This document shows, piece by piece, positions 51,272 through 64,000 of a stretch of DNA of 64,000 bases. The notes beneath the pieces are model-generated. The model ran no database searches. It saw nothing but the letters and a program-made list of their open reading frames with translations, and was not told the origin of the DNA. A program made the translations under genes and the position numbers. Source of the stretch: the human T2T-CHM13v2.0 reference genome, Homo sapiens; NCBI RefSeq assembly GCF_009914755.1, contig NC_060928.1; one strand, written 5' to 3'. Numbering within the stretch: the first letter of the stretch is position 1; every line of letters begins with the position of its first letter.

Positions 51272-54200
51272 CATTCTTAGAAACTTGTTTGTGATGTGTG
51301 TATTCAACTAACAGAGTTGAACTTTTGTTTTTACAGAGCCGTTTTAAAACACTCTTTTTGTGGAATCAGAAAGTGGATATTCGGATGGCTCTGAGGATTT
51401 CGTTGGAAGCGGGATTACATATAAAATCTAGAGAGAAGCATTCTCAGGAACTTCTTTGTGATGTTTGCATTGAAGTCACAGAATTGAACATTCACTTTGA
51501 TAGAGCAGGTTTGAAACACTCATTCTGTAGCATCTGGAAGTGGACATTTCAAGCGCTTTCAGGCCTATGGTGAGAAAGGAAATATCTTCGAATAAAAACT
51601 AGACAGAAGCATCCTCAGAAACTTATTTGTGATGTGTGTCCTCAACTAACAGAGTTGAAACTTTGTTTTGATACAGCATTTTGGAAACACTCTTTTTGTA
51701 GAATCTGCAGGTGGATATTTGGATAGCTTAGAGGGATTCGTTGGAAAGGGGATATCTTCATATAAAATCTAGACAGAAGCATTCTCAGAAACTTATTTGT
51801 GATGTGTGTCCTCAACTAACAGAGTTGAACCTTGGTTTTGATACAGCATTTTGGAAACACTCCTTTTGTAGAATCTGCAGGTGGATATGTGGATAGCTCT
51901 GAAGATTTCGTTGGAAACGGGAATTTCTTCATATAAAATCAAACAGAAGCATTCTCAGAAACTTCTCAGTGATGTTTGCATTCAGCTCATGGAGTTGAAC
52001 ACTTCCTTTCATAGAGCCGGTTTGAAACACTCTTTCTGCACTACCTGGAAGAGGCCATTTCGAGCGCTTTGAGTCCTATGGTGAAAAAGGAAATATCTTC
52101 TCATAAAAACCAGAAAGAAGCATTCTCAGAAACTTCTTTGTGTTGTGTGTACTCATGTAACAGTGTTGAACCATCCTTTTGACAGAGCAGTTTTGAAACA
52201 CTCTTTTTGTAGAATCTGCAAGTGGATATTTGGATAGCTTTGAGGATTTCGTTGGAAACGGGATGACATATAATATCTAGAGAGAAGCATTCTCAGGAAC
52301 TTCTTTGTGATGTTTGCATTCAAGTCACAGAATTGAACATTCCCTTTCATAGAGCAGGTTTGAAACACTCTTTCTCTAGTATCTGGAAGTGGGCATTTCA
52401 AGCGCTTTCAGGCCTATGGAGAGAAAGGAAATACCTTCAAATAAAAACTAGACAGAAGCATTCTCAGAAACTTATTTGTGATGTGTGTCCTCAACTAACA
52501 GAGTTGAACCTTTGTTTTGATACAGCATTTTGGAAACACTCCTTTTGTAGAATCTGCAGGTGGATATTTGGATAACTTTGAAGATTTCGTTGGAAACCGG
52601 AATATCTTCATATAAAATCAAGACAGAAGCATTCTCGGAAACATCTCTTTGATGTTTGCATTCAACTCAGTAGAGTTGAACACTTCCTTTCATAGAGCCG
52701 GTTTGAAACACTCTTTCTGCACTACCTGGAAGCGGACATTTCGAGCGCTTTGAGGCCTATGGTGAAAAAGGAAATATCTTCTCATAAAAACCAGAAAGAA
52801 GCATTCTCAGAAACTTCTTTGTGTTGTGTGTACTCAAGTAACAGTGTTGAACCTTCCTTTTGACACAGCAGTTTTGAAACACTCTTTTGGTAGAATCTGC
52901 AAGTGGATATTTGGATAGCTTTGAGGATTTCGTTGGAAACGGGTTATCTTCATATAAAATCCAGACAGGTGCATTCTCAGAAACTTCTTTGTGCTGCATG
53001 TCCTCAATTCACAGAGCTGAACCTTGGTTTGGATACAGCATTTTGGAAACATTCCTTTAGTAGAATCTGCAAGTTGATATTTAGATAGCTTTGAAGATTT
53101 CGTTGGAAACGGGAATATCTTCATAGAAAATCTAGACGGAAGCATTCTCAGAAACTGCTTTGTGATGTTTGCATTCAAGTCACAGAGTTGAATATTCCCT
53201 TTTATAGAGTAGGTTTGAAACACTCTTTCGGCACTACCTGGAAGTGGATATTTCGAGCTCTTTGAGGCCTATGGTTAAAAGGAAATATCTTCCCATAAAA
53301 ACTAGACAGAAGCCGTCTCAGAAACTTGTTTGTGATGTGTGTATTCAACTACCAGAGTTGAACATTTCTGTTACAGAGCAATTTTAAAACACTCTTTTTG
53401 TGGAATCTGAAAGTGGATAATTGGATAGCTTTGTGGATTTCGTTGGAAACGGGATGACGTATAAAATCTAGAGAGAAGCATTCTCAGGAACTTCTTTGTG
53501 ATGTTTGCATTCAAGTCACAGAATTGAACATTCCTTTTCATAGTGCAGGTTTGAAACACTCTTTCTGTAGTATCTGGAAGTGGACATTTCAAGCGCTTTC
53601 AGGCCTACGGGGAGAAAGGAAATATCTTCAAATAAAAACTAGACAGAAGGATTCTCAGAAACTTATTTGTGATGTGTGTCCTAAACGAACACAGTTGAAC
53701 CTTTGTTTTGATACAGCATTTTGGAAACACTCCTTTTGTAGGATCTGCAGGTGGATATTTGGATAGATTTTAAGATTTCGTTGGAAACGGGAGTTTCTTC
53801 ATAGAAACTCAAGACAGATGCATTCTCAGAAACATCTCTGTGATGTTTGCATTCCACTCATAGAGTTGAAAACTTCCTTTCATAGAGCAGGTTTGAAACA
53901 CTCTTTTTGTAATATTTGGAAGTGGACATTTGCAGCGCTTTGAGGCCTATGGTGAAAAAGGAAATATCTTCTCATAAAAACCAGAAACAAGCATTCTCAG
54001 AAACTTCTTTTTGATGTGTGTACTCAAGTAACAGAGTTGAACCTTCCTTTTGACACAGCAGTTTTGAAACAATCTTTTTGTAGAATCTGCAAGTGGATAT
54101 TTGGATAGCTTTGAGGATTTCGTTGGAAACGGGATATCTTCATATAAAATCTAGACAGAAGCATTCTCAGAAACTTCTTTGTGCTGTATGTCCTCAATTA

Positions 54201-54503
54201 ACAGAGTTGAACCATTGCTTGGATACAGCATTTTGGAAACATTCCTTTAGTAGAATCTGCAAGTTGATATTGAGATAGATTTGAAGATTTCGTTGGAAAA
54301 GGGAATATCTCCATATAAAATCTAGACGGAAGCATTCTCAGAAACTGCTTTGTGATGTTTCCATTCAAGTCACAGAGTTGAATATTCCCTTTTATAGAGC
54401 ACGTTTGAAACACTCTTTCTGCACTATCTGGAAGTGGACATTTCGAGCGCTTTGAGGCCTATGGTGAAAAAGGAAATATCTTCCCATAAAAACTAGACAG
54501 AAG
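51272..54503 (+). repeat. One canonical 19-mer HOR
   Basis: Marker 51298 to 54530 = 3,232. Confidence 0.95.
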
Positions 54504-55520
54504 CATTCTCAGAAACTTGTTTGTGATGTGTGTATTCAACTAACAGAGTTGAACTTTTGTTTTTACAGAGCCGTTTTAAAACACTCTTTTTGTGGAATCA
54601 GAAAGTGGATATTCGGATGGCTCTGAGGATTTCGTTGGAAGCGGGATTACATATAAAATCTAGAGAGAAGCATTCTCAGGAACTTCTTTGTGATGTTTGC
54701 ATTGAAGTCACAGAATTGAACATTCACTTTGATAGAGCAGGTTTGAAACACTCATTCTGTAGTATCTGGAAGTGGACATTTCAAGCGCTTTCAGGCCTAT
54801 GGTGAAAAAGGAAATATCTTCGAATAAAAACTAGACAGAAGCATCCTCAGAAACTTATTTGTGATGTGTGTCCTCAACTAACAGAGTTGAAACTTTGTTT
54901 TGATACAGCATTTTGGAAACACTCCTTTTGTAGAATCTGCAGGTGGATATGTGGATAGCTCTGAAGATTTCGTTGGAAACGGGAATTTCTTCATATAAAA
55001 TCAAACAGAAGCATTCTCAGAAACTTCTCAGTGATGTTTGCATTCAGCTCATGGAGTTGAACACTTCCTTTCATAGAGCCGGTTTGAAACACTCTTTCTG
55101 CACTACCTGGAAGAGGCCATTTCGAGCGCTTTGAGTCCTATGGTGAAAAAGGAAATATCTTCTCATAAAAACCAGAAAGAAGCATTCTCAGAAACTTCTT
55201 TGTGTTGTGTGTACTCATGTAACAGTGTTGAACCATCCTTTTGACAGAGCAGTTTTGAAACACTCTTTTTGTAGAATCTGCAAGTGGATATTTGGATAGC
55301 TTTGAGGATTTCGTTGGAAACGGGATGACATATAATATCTAGAGAGAAGCATTCTCAGGAACTTCTTTGTGCTGTTTGCATTCAAGTCACAGAATTGAAC
55401 ATTCCCTTTCATAGAGCAGATTTGAAACACTCTTTCTCTAGTATCTGGAAGTGGGCATTTCAAGCGCTTTCAGGCCTATTGAGAGAAAGGAAATACCTTC
55501 AAATAAAAACTAGACAGAAG
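54504..55520 (+). repeat. 6-mer structural variant unit #7
   Basis: Marker 54530 to 55547 = 1,017. Confidence 0.95.
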
Positions 55521-58500
55521 CATTCTCAGAAACTTGTTTGTGATGTGTGTATTCAACTAACAGAGTTGAACTTTTGTTTTTACAGAGCCGTTTTAAAACA
55601 CTCTTTTTGTGGAATCAGAAAGTGGATATTCGGATGGCTCTGAGGATTTCGTTGGAAGCGGGATTACATATAAAATCTAGAGAGAAGCATTCTCAGGAAC
55701 TTCTTTGTGATGTTTGCATTGAAGTCACAGAATTGAACATTCACTTTGATAGAGCAGGTTTGAAACACTCATTCTGTAGTATCTGGAAGTGGACATTTCA
55801 AGCGCTTTCAGGCCTATGGTGAGAAAGGAAATATCTTCGAATAAAAACTAGACAGAAGCATCCTCAGAAACTTATTTGTGATGTGTGTCCTCAACTAACA
55901 GAGTTGAAACTTTGTTTTGATACAGCATTTTGGAAACACTCTTTTTGTAGAATCTGCAGGTGGATATTTGGATAGCTTAGAGGGATTCGTTGGAAAGGGG
56001 ATATCTTCATATAAAATCTAGACAGAAGCATTCTCAGAAACTTATTTGTGATGTGTGTCCTCAACTAACAGAGTTGAACCTTGGTTTTGATACAGCATTT
56101 TGGAAACACTCCTTTTGTAGAATCTGCAGGTGGATATGTGGATAGCTCTGAAGATTTCGTTGGAAACGGGAATTTCTTCATATAAAATCAAACAGAAGCA
56201 TTCTCAGAAACTTCTCAGTGATGTTTGCATTCAGCTCATGGAGTTGAACACTTCCTTTCATAGAGCCGGTTTGAAACACTCTTTCTGCACTACCTGGAAG
56301 AGGACATTTCGAGCGCTTTGAGTCCTATGGTGAAAAAGGAAATATCTTCTCATAAAAACCAGAAAGAAGCATTCTCAGAAACTTCTTTGTGTTGTGTGTA
56401 CTCATGTAACAGTGTTGAACCATCCTTTTGACAGAGCAGTTTTGAAACACTCTTTTTGTAGAATCTGCAAGTGGATATTTGGATAGCTTTGAGGATTTCG
56501 TTGGAAACGGGATGACATATAATATCTAGAGAGAAGCATTCTCAGGAACTTCTTTGTGATGTTTGCATTCAAGTCACAGAATTGAACATTCCCTTTCATA
56601 GAGCAGGTTTGAAACACTCTTTCTCTAGTATCTGGAAGTGGGCATTTCAAGCGCTTTCAGGCCTATGGAGAGAAAGGAAATACCTTCAAATAAAAACTAG
56701 ACAGAAGCATTCTCAGAAACTTATTTGTGATGTGTGTCCTCAACTAACAGAGTTGAACCTTTGTTTTGATACAGCATTTTGGAAACACTCCTTTTGTAGA
56801 ATCTGCAGGTGGATATTTGGATAACTTTGAAGATTTCGTTGGAAACCGGAATATCTTCATATAAAATCAAGACAGAAGCATTCTCGGAAACATCTCTGTG
56901 ATGTTTGCATTCAACTCAGTAGAGTTGAACACTTCCTTTCATAGAGCAGGTTTGAAACACTCTTTCTGCACTACCTGGAAGCGGACATTTCGAGCGCTTT
57001 GAGGCCTATGGTGAAAAAGGAAATATCTTCTCATAAAAACCAGAAAGAAGCATTCTCAGAAACTTCTTTGTGTTGTGTGTACTCAAGTAACAGTGTTGAA
57101 CCTTCCTTTTGACACAGCAGTTTTGAAACACTCTTTTGGTAGAATCTGCAAGTGGATATTTGGATAGGTTTGAGGATTTCGTTGGAAACGGGTTATCTTC
57201 ATATAAAATCCAGACAGGAGCATTCTCAGAAACTTCTTTGTGCTGCATGTCCTCAATTCACAGAGCTGAACCTTTGTTTGGATACAGCATTTTGGAAACA
57301 TTCCTTTAGTAGAATCTGCAAGTTGATATTTAGATAGCTTTGAAGATTTCGTTGGAAACGGGAATATCTTCATAGAAAATCTAGACGGAAGCATTCTCAG
57401 AAACTGCTTTGTGATGTTTGCATTCAAGTCACAGAGTTGAATATTCCCTTTTATAGAGTAGGTTTGAAAAACTCTTTCGGCACTACCTGGAAGTGGATAT
57501 TTCGAGCTCTTTGAGGCCTATGGTTAAAAGGAAATATCTTCCCATAAAAACTAGACAGAAGCCGTCTCAGAAACTTGTTTGTGATGTGTGTATTCAACTA
57601 CCAGAGTTGAACATTTCTGTTACAGAGCAATTTTAAAACACTCTTTTTGTGGAATCTGAAAGTGGATAATTGGATAGCTTTGTGGATTTCGTTGGAAACG
57701 GGATGACGTATAAAATCTAGAGAGAAGCATTCTCAGGAACTTCTTTCTGATGTTTGCATTCAAGTCACAGAATTGAACATTCCTTTTCATAGTGCAGGTT
57801 TGAAACACTCTTTCTGTAGTATCTGGAAGTGGACATTTCAAGCGCTTTCAGGCCTACGGGGAGAAAGGAAATATCTTCAAATAAAAACTAGACAGAAGGA
57901 TTCTCAGAAACTTATTTGTGATGTGTGTCCTAAACGAACACAGTTGAACCTTTGTTTTGATACAGCATTTTGGAAACACTCCTTTTGTAGGATCTGCAGG
58001 TGGATATTTGGATAGATTTTAAGATTTCGTTGGAAACGGGAGTTTCTTCATAGAAACTCAAGACAGATGCATTCTCAGAAACATCTCTGTGATGTTTGCA
58101 TTCCACTCATAGAGTTGAAAACTTCCTTTCATAGAGCAGGTTTGAAACACTCTTTTTGTAATATTTGGAAGTGGACATTTGCAGCGCTTTGAGGCCTATG
58201 GTGAAAAAGGAAATATCTTCTCATAAAAACCAGAAACAAGCATTCTCAGAAACTTCTTTTTGATGTGTGTACTCAAATAACAGAGTTGAACCTTCCTTTT
58301 GACACAGCAGTTTTGAAACAATCTTTTTGTAGAATCTGCAAGTGGATATTTGGATAGCTTTGAGGATTTCGTTGGAAACGGGATATCTTCATATAAAATC
58401 TAGACAGAAGCATTCTCAGAAACTTCTTTGTGCTGTATGTCCTCAATTAACAGAGTTGAACCATTGCTTGGATACAGCATTTTGGAAACATTCCTTGAGT

Positions 58501-61500
58501 AGAATCTGCAAGTTGATATTTAGATAGATTTGAAGATTTCGTTGGAAAAGGGAATATCTCCATAGAAAATCTAGAGGGAAGCATTCTCAGAAACTGCTTT
58601 GTGATGTTTCCATTCAAGTCACAGAGTTGAATATTCCCTTTTATAGAGCACGTTTGAAACACTCTTTCTGCACTATCTGGAAGTGGACATTTCGAGCGCT
58701 TTGAGGCCTATGGTGAAAAAGGAAATATCTTCCCATAAAAACTAGACAGAAGCATTCTCAGAAACTTGTTTGTGATGTGTGTATTCAACTAACAGAGTTG
58801 AACTTTTGTTTTTACAGAGCCGTTTTAAAACACTCTTTTTGTGGAATCAGAAAGTGGATATTCGGATGGCTCTGAGGATTTCGTTGGAAGCGGGATTACA
58901 TATAAAATCTAGAGAGAAGCATTCTCAGGAACTTCTTTGTGATGTTTGCATTGAAGTCACAGAATTGAACATTCACTTTGATAGAGCAGGTTTGAAACAC
59001 TCATTCTGTAGTATCTGGAAGTGGACATTTCAAGCACTTTCAGGCCTATGGTGAGAAAGGAAATATCTTCGAATAAAAACTAGACAGAAGCATCCTCAGA
59101 AACTTATTTGTGATGTGTGTCCTCAACTAACAGAGTTGAAACTTTGTTTTGATACAGCATTTTGGAAACACTCTTTTTGTAGAATCTGCAGGTGGATATT
59201 TGGATAGCTTAGAGGGATTCGTTGGAAAGGGGATATCTTCATATAAAATCTAGACAGAAGCATTCTCAGAAACTTATTTGTGATGTGTGTCCTCAACTAA
59301 CAGAGTTGAACCTTGGTTTTGATACAGCATTTTGGAAACGCTCCTTTTGTAGAATCTGCAGGTGGATATGTGGATAGCTCTGAAGATTTCGTTGGAAACG
59401 GGAATTTCTTCATATAAAATCAAACAGAAGCATTCTCAGAAACTTCTCAGTGATGTTTGCATTCAGCTCATGGAGTTGAACACTTCCTTTCATAGAGCCG
59501 GTTTGAAACACTCTTTCTGCACTACCTGGAAGAGGACATTTCGAGCGCTTTGAGTCCTATGGTGAAAAAGGAAATATCTTCTCATAAAAACCAGAAAGAA
59601 GCATTCTCAGAAACTTCTTTGTGTTGTGTGTACTCATGTAACAGTGTTGAACCATCCTTTTGACAGAGCAGTTTTGAAACACTCTTTTTGTAGAATCTGC
59701 AAGTGGATATTTGGATAGCTTTGAGGATTTCGTTGGAAACGGGATGACATATAATATCTAGAGAGAAGCATACTCAGGAACTTCTTTGTGATGTTTGCAT
59801 TCAAGTCACAGAATTGAACATTCCCTTTCATAGAGCAGGTTTGAAACACTCTTTCTCTAGTATCTGGAAGTGGGCATTTCAAGCGCTTTCAGGCCTATGG
59901 AGAGAAAGGAAATACCTTCAAATAAAAACTAGACAGAAGCATTCTCAGAAACTTATTTGTGATGTGTGTCCTCAACTAACAGAGTTGAACCTTTGTTTTG
60001 ATACAGCATTTTGGAAACACTCCTTTTGTAGAATCTGCAGGTGGATATTTGGATAACTTTGAAGATTTCGTTGGAAACCGGAATATCTTCATATAAAATC
60101 AAGACAGAAGCATTCTCGGAAACATCTCTGTGATGTTTGCATTCAACTCAGTAGAGTTGAACACTTCCTTTCATAGAGCAGGTTTGAAACACTCTTTCTG
60201 CACTACCTGGAAGCGGACATTTCGAGCGCTTTGAGGCCTATGGTGAAAAAGGAAATATCTTCTCATAAAAACCAGAAAGAAGCATTCTCAGAAACTTCTT
60301 TGTGTTGTGTGTACTCAAGTAACAGTGTTGAACCTTCCTTTTGACACAGCAGTTTTGAAACACTCTTTTGGTAGAATCTGCAAGTGGATATTTGGATAGC
60401 TTTGAGGATTTCGTTGGAAACGGGTTATCTTCATATAAAATCCAGACAGGAGTATTCTCAGAAACTTCTTTGTGCTGCATGTCCTCAATTCACAGAGCTG
60501 AACCTTTGTTTGGATACAGCATTTTGGAAACATTCCTTTAGTAGAATCTGCAAGTTGATATTTAGATAGCTTTGAAGATTTCGTTGGAAACGGGAATATC
60601 TTCATAGAAAATCTAGACGGAAGCATTCTCAGAAACTGCTTTGTGATGTTTGCATTCAAGTCACAGAGTTGAATATTCCCTTTTATAGAGTAGGTTTGAA
60701 ACACTCTTTCGGCACTACCTGGAAGTGGATATTTCGAGCTCTTTGAGGCCTATGGTTAAAAGGAAATATCTTCCCATAAAAACTAGACAGAAGCCGTCTC
60801 AGAAACTTGTTTGTGATGTGTGTATTCAACTACCAGAGTTGAACATTTCTGTTACAGAGCAATTTTAAAACACTCTTTTTGTGGAATCTGAAAGTGGATA
60901 ATTGGATAGCTTTGTGGATTTCGTTGGAAACGGGATGACGTATAAAATCTAGAGAGAAGCATTCTCAGGAACTTCTTTCTGATGTTTGCATTCAAGTCAC
61001 AGAACTGAACATTCCTTTTCATAGTGCAGGTTTGAAACACTCTTTCTGTAGTATCTGGAAGTGGACATTTCAAGCGCTTTCAGGCCTACGGGGAGAAAGG
61101 AAATATCTTCAAATAAAAACTAGACAGAAGGATTCTCAGAAACTTATTTGTGATGTGTGTCCTAAACGAACACAGTTGAACCTTTGTTTTGATACAGCAT
61201 TTTGGAAACACTCCTTTTGTAGGATCTGCAGGTGGATATTTGGATAGATTTTAAGATTTCGTTGGAAACGGGAGTTTCTTCATAGAAACTCAAGACAGAT
61301 GCATTCTCAGAAACATCTCTGTGATGTTTGCATTCCACTCATAGAGTTGAAAACTTCCTTTCATAGAGCAGGTTTGAAACACTCTTTTTGTAATATTTGG
61401 AAGTGGACATTTGCAGCGCTTTGAGGCCTATGGTGAAAAAGGAAATATCTTCTCATAAAAACCAGAAACAAGCATTCTCAGAAACTTCTTTTTGATGTGT

Positions 61501-61984
61501 GTACTCAAGTAACAGAGTTGAACCTTCCTTTTGACACAGCAGTTTTGAAACAATCTTTTTGTAGAATCTGCAAGTGGATATTTGGATAGCTTTGAGGATT
61601 TCGTTGGAAACGGGATATCTTCATATAAAATCTAGACAGAAGCATTCTCAGAAACTTCTTTGTGCTGTATGTCCTCAATTAACAGAGTTGAACCATTGCT
61701 TGGATACAGCATTTTGGAAACATTCCTTGAGTAGAATCTGCAAGTTGATATTTAGATAGATTTGAAGATTTCGTTGGAAAAGGGAATATCTCCATATAAA
61801 ATCTAGAGGGAAGCATTCTCAGAAACTGCTTTGTGATGTTTCCATTCAAGTCACAGAGTTGAATATTCCCTTTTATAGAGCACGTTTGAAACACTCTTTC
61901 TGCACTATCTGGAAGTGGACATTTCGAGCGCTTTGAGGCCTATGGTGAAAAAGGAAATATCTTCCCATAAAAACTAGACAGAAG
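55521..61984 (+). repeat. Two tandem canonical 19-mer HORs
   Basis: Markers 55547, 58779, 62011. Confidence 0.95.
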
Positions 61985-64000
61985 CATTCTCAGAAACTTG
62001 TTTGTGATGTGTGTATTCAACTAACAGAGTTGAACTTTTGTTTTTACAGAGCCGTTTTAAAACACTCTTTTTGTGGAATCAGAAAGTGGATATTCGGATG
62101 GCTCTGAGGATTTCGTTGGAAGCGGGATTACATATAAAATCTAGAGAGAAGCATTCTCAGGAACTTCTTTGTGATGTTTGCATTGAAGTCACAGAATTGA
62201 ACATTCACTTTGATAGAGCAGGTTTGAAACACTCATTCTGTAGTATCTGGAAGTGGACATTTCAAGCGCTTTCAGGCCTATGGTGAGAAAGGAAATATCT
62301 TCGAATAAAAACTAGACAGAAGCATCCTCAGAAACTTATTTGTGATGTGTGTCCTCAACTAACAGAGTTGAAACTTTGTTTTGATACAGCATTTTGGAAA
62401 CACTCTTTTTGTAGAATCTGCAGGTGGATATTTGGATAGCTTAGAGGGATTCGTTGGAAAGGGGATATCTTCATATAAAATCTAGACAGAAGCATTCTCA
62501 GAAACTTATTTGTGATGTGTGTCCTCAACTAACAGAGTTGAACCTTGGTTTTGATACAGCATTTTGGAAACACTCCTTTTGTAGAATCTGCAGGTGGATA
62601 TGTGGATAGCTCTGAAGATTTCGTTGGAAACGGGAATTTCTTCATATAAAATCAAACAGAAGCATTCTCAGAAACTTCTCAGTGATGTTTGCATTCAGCT
62701 CATGGAGTTGAACACTTCCTTTCATAGAGCCGGTTTGAAACACTCTTTCTGCACTACCTGGAAGAGGACATTTCGAGCGCTTTGAGTCCTATGGTGAAAA
62801 AGGAAATATCTTCTCATAAAAACCAGAAAGAAGCATTCTCAGAAACTTCTTTGTGTTGTGTGTACTCATGTAACAGTGTTGAACCATCCTTTTGACAGAG
62901 CAGTTTTGAAACACTCTTTTTGTAGAATCTGCAAGTGGATATTTGGATAGCTTTGAGGATTTCGTTGGAAACGGGATGACATATAATATCTAGAGAGAAG
63001 CATACTCAGGAACTTCTTTGTGATGTTTGCATTCAAGTCACAGAATTGAACATTCCCTTTCATAGAGCAGGTTTGAAACACTCTTTCTCTAGTATCTGGA
63101 AGTGGGCATTTCAAGCGCTTTCAGGCCTATGGAGAGAAAGGAAATATCTTCAAATAAAAACTAGACAGAAGGATTCTCAGAAACTTATTTGTGATGTGTG
63201 TCCTAAACGAACACAGTTGAACCTTTGTTTAGATACAGCATTTTGGAAACACTCCTTTTGTAGGATCTGCAGGTGGATATTTGGATAGATTTTAAGATTT
63301 CGTTGGAAACGGGAGTTTCTTCATAGACACTCAAGACAGATGCATTCTCAGAAACATCTCTGTGATGTTTGCATTCCACTCATAGAGTTGAAAACTTCCT
63401 TTCATAGAGCAGGTTTGAAACACTCTTTTTGTAATATTTGGAAGTGTACATTTGCAGCGCTTTGAGGCCTATGGTGAAAAAGGAAATATCTTCTCATAAA
63501 AACCAGAAACAAGCATTCTCAGAAACTTCTTTTTGATGTGTGTACTCAAGTAACAGAGTTGAACCTTCCTTTTGACACAGCAGTTTTGAAACAATCTTTT
63601 TGTAGAATCTGCAAGTGGATATTTGGATAGCTTTGAGGATTTCGTTGGAAACGGGATATCTTCATATAAAATCTAGACAGAAGCTTTCTCAGAAACTTCT
63701 TTGTGCTGTATGTCCTCAATTAACAGAGTTGAACCATTGCTTGGATACAGCATTTTGGAAACATTCCTTTAGTAGAATCTGCAAGTTGATATTTAGATAG
63801 ATTTGAAGATTTCGTTGGAAAAGGGAATATCTCCATATAAAATCTAGAGGGAAGCATTCTCAGAAACTGCTTTGTGATGTTTCCATTCAAGTCACAGAGT
63901 TGAATATTCCCTTTTATAGAGCACGTTTGAAACACTCTTTCTGCACTATCTGGAAGTGGACATTTCGAGCGCTTTGAGGCCTATGGTGAAAAAGGAAATA
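61985..64000 (+). repeat. 12-mer structural variant (m10-m15, m16/m4 hybrid, m5-m9), 7 monomers (1,191 bp) missing; runs off the window end
   Basis: The m16 body starting at 63001 is followed at 63172 by m5 (GGATTCTCAG...CCTAAACGAACACAG). The ORF at 63046 is chimeric accordingly (LWRERK + DSQKLICDVCPKRTQ). Confidence 0.92.

Larger units (their letters stand above)
1..64000 (+). repeat. Centromeric alpha-satellite higher-order repeat array (19-mer, 3,232 bp; probably human chr4 D4Z1, SF2)
   Basis: The ~171-bp monomers carry hallmark motifs CATTCTCAGAAACTT, TTTGAAACACTCTTT, the CENP-B box TTTCGTTGGAAACGGGA and pJ-alpha CTATGGTGAAAAAGGAA. Identical ORF-track entries recur every 3,232 bp (25 to 3257; 1652 to 4884), and I counted 19 monomer starts between 94 and 3325. 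The alpha-satellite call is essentially certain. The chr4/D4Z1 identity is inferred from period and monomer number (~0.85). Confidence 0.99.

Noticed and set aside
4858-55520. Strict periodicity or code in the spacing of 6-mer units
   Set aside because: The intervening units are 1 HOR, a 9-mer, then 3, 2, 6 and 1 HORs. This is irregular and explained by nested duplications.
25-63935. About 200 short ORFs (61-129 aa) on both strands
   Set aside because: They recur with the monomer/HOR period, overlap in antisense, often use non-ATG starts and show no recognisable domains. They are chance stop-free frames in alpha satellite.
1-64000. CRISPR-like regularly spaced conserved motifs
   Set aside because: The intervening sequence is itself repeated monomer rather than unique spacers, the period is ~171 bp, and there are no cas genes.
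1-64000. Transposon insertion (L1/Alu), inversion or foreign sequence
   Set aside because: Marker spacings are fully accounted for by whole monomers, all boxes I read are on the + strand, and I saw no poly-A tail or non-satellite segment.
1-64000. Claim that this window is the kinetochore/CENP-A (hypomethylated) site
   Set aside because: High homogeneity and dense CENP-B boxes indicate an active-type array, but CENP-A position is epigenetic and cannot be read from sequence.

Overview
The whole 64-kb window is an uninterrupted primate centromeric alpha-satellite array (~376 monomers of 166-172 bp, one orientation). It is organised as a highly homogeneous 19-monomer higher-order repeat (HOR) of 3,232 bp. 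The 19-mer/3.2-kb period and near-alternating CENP-B-box (B) and pJ-alpha (A) monomers best fit the human chromosome 4 active array D4Z1 (SF2); this assignment is from recall and was not database-checked. I number monomers m1-m19 from position 94 (starts 94, 265, 435, 601, 772, 943, 1114, 1284, 1455, 1626, 1793, 1964, 2134, 2304, 2475, 2642, 2813, 2984, 3156); this is my own numbering. Phased at m10, the window holds 16 complete 19-mers, seven 6-mer units (1,017 bp, one 1,015 bp; 19+6 = 25-mer variant), one 9-mer (1,530 bp) and one terminal 12-mer. No genes, RNA genes, transposons or CRISPR arrays are supportable, and all ORFs are repeat artefacts. I found no new gene-encoded system. The informative structure is architectural. 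The 19-mer is built as 7+8+4 from an ancestral 7-mer. The 6-mer variant removes a broken CENP-B box and restores strict B-A alternation, and it is linked to one SNP haplotype. Recombination junctions can be mapped, and multi-HOR blocks recur at 17.5, 24.7, 27.9 and 45.4 kb spacing.
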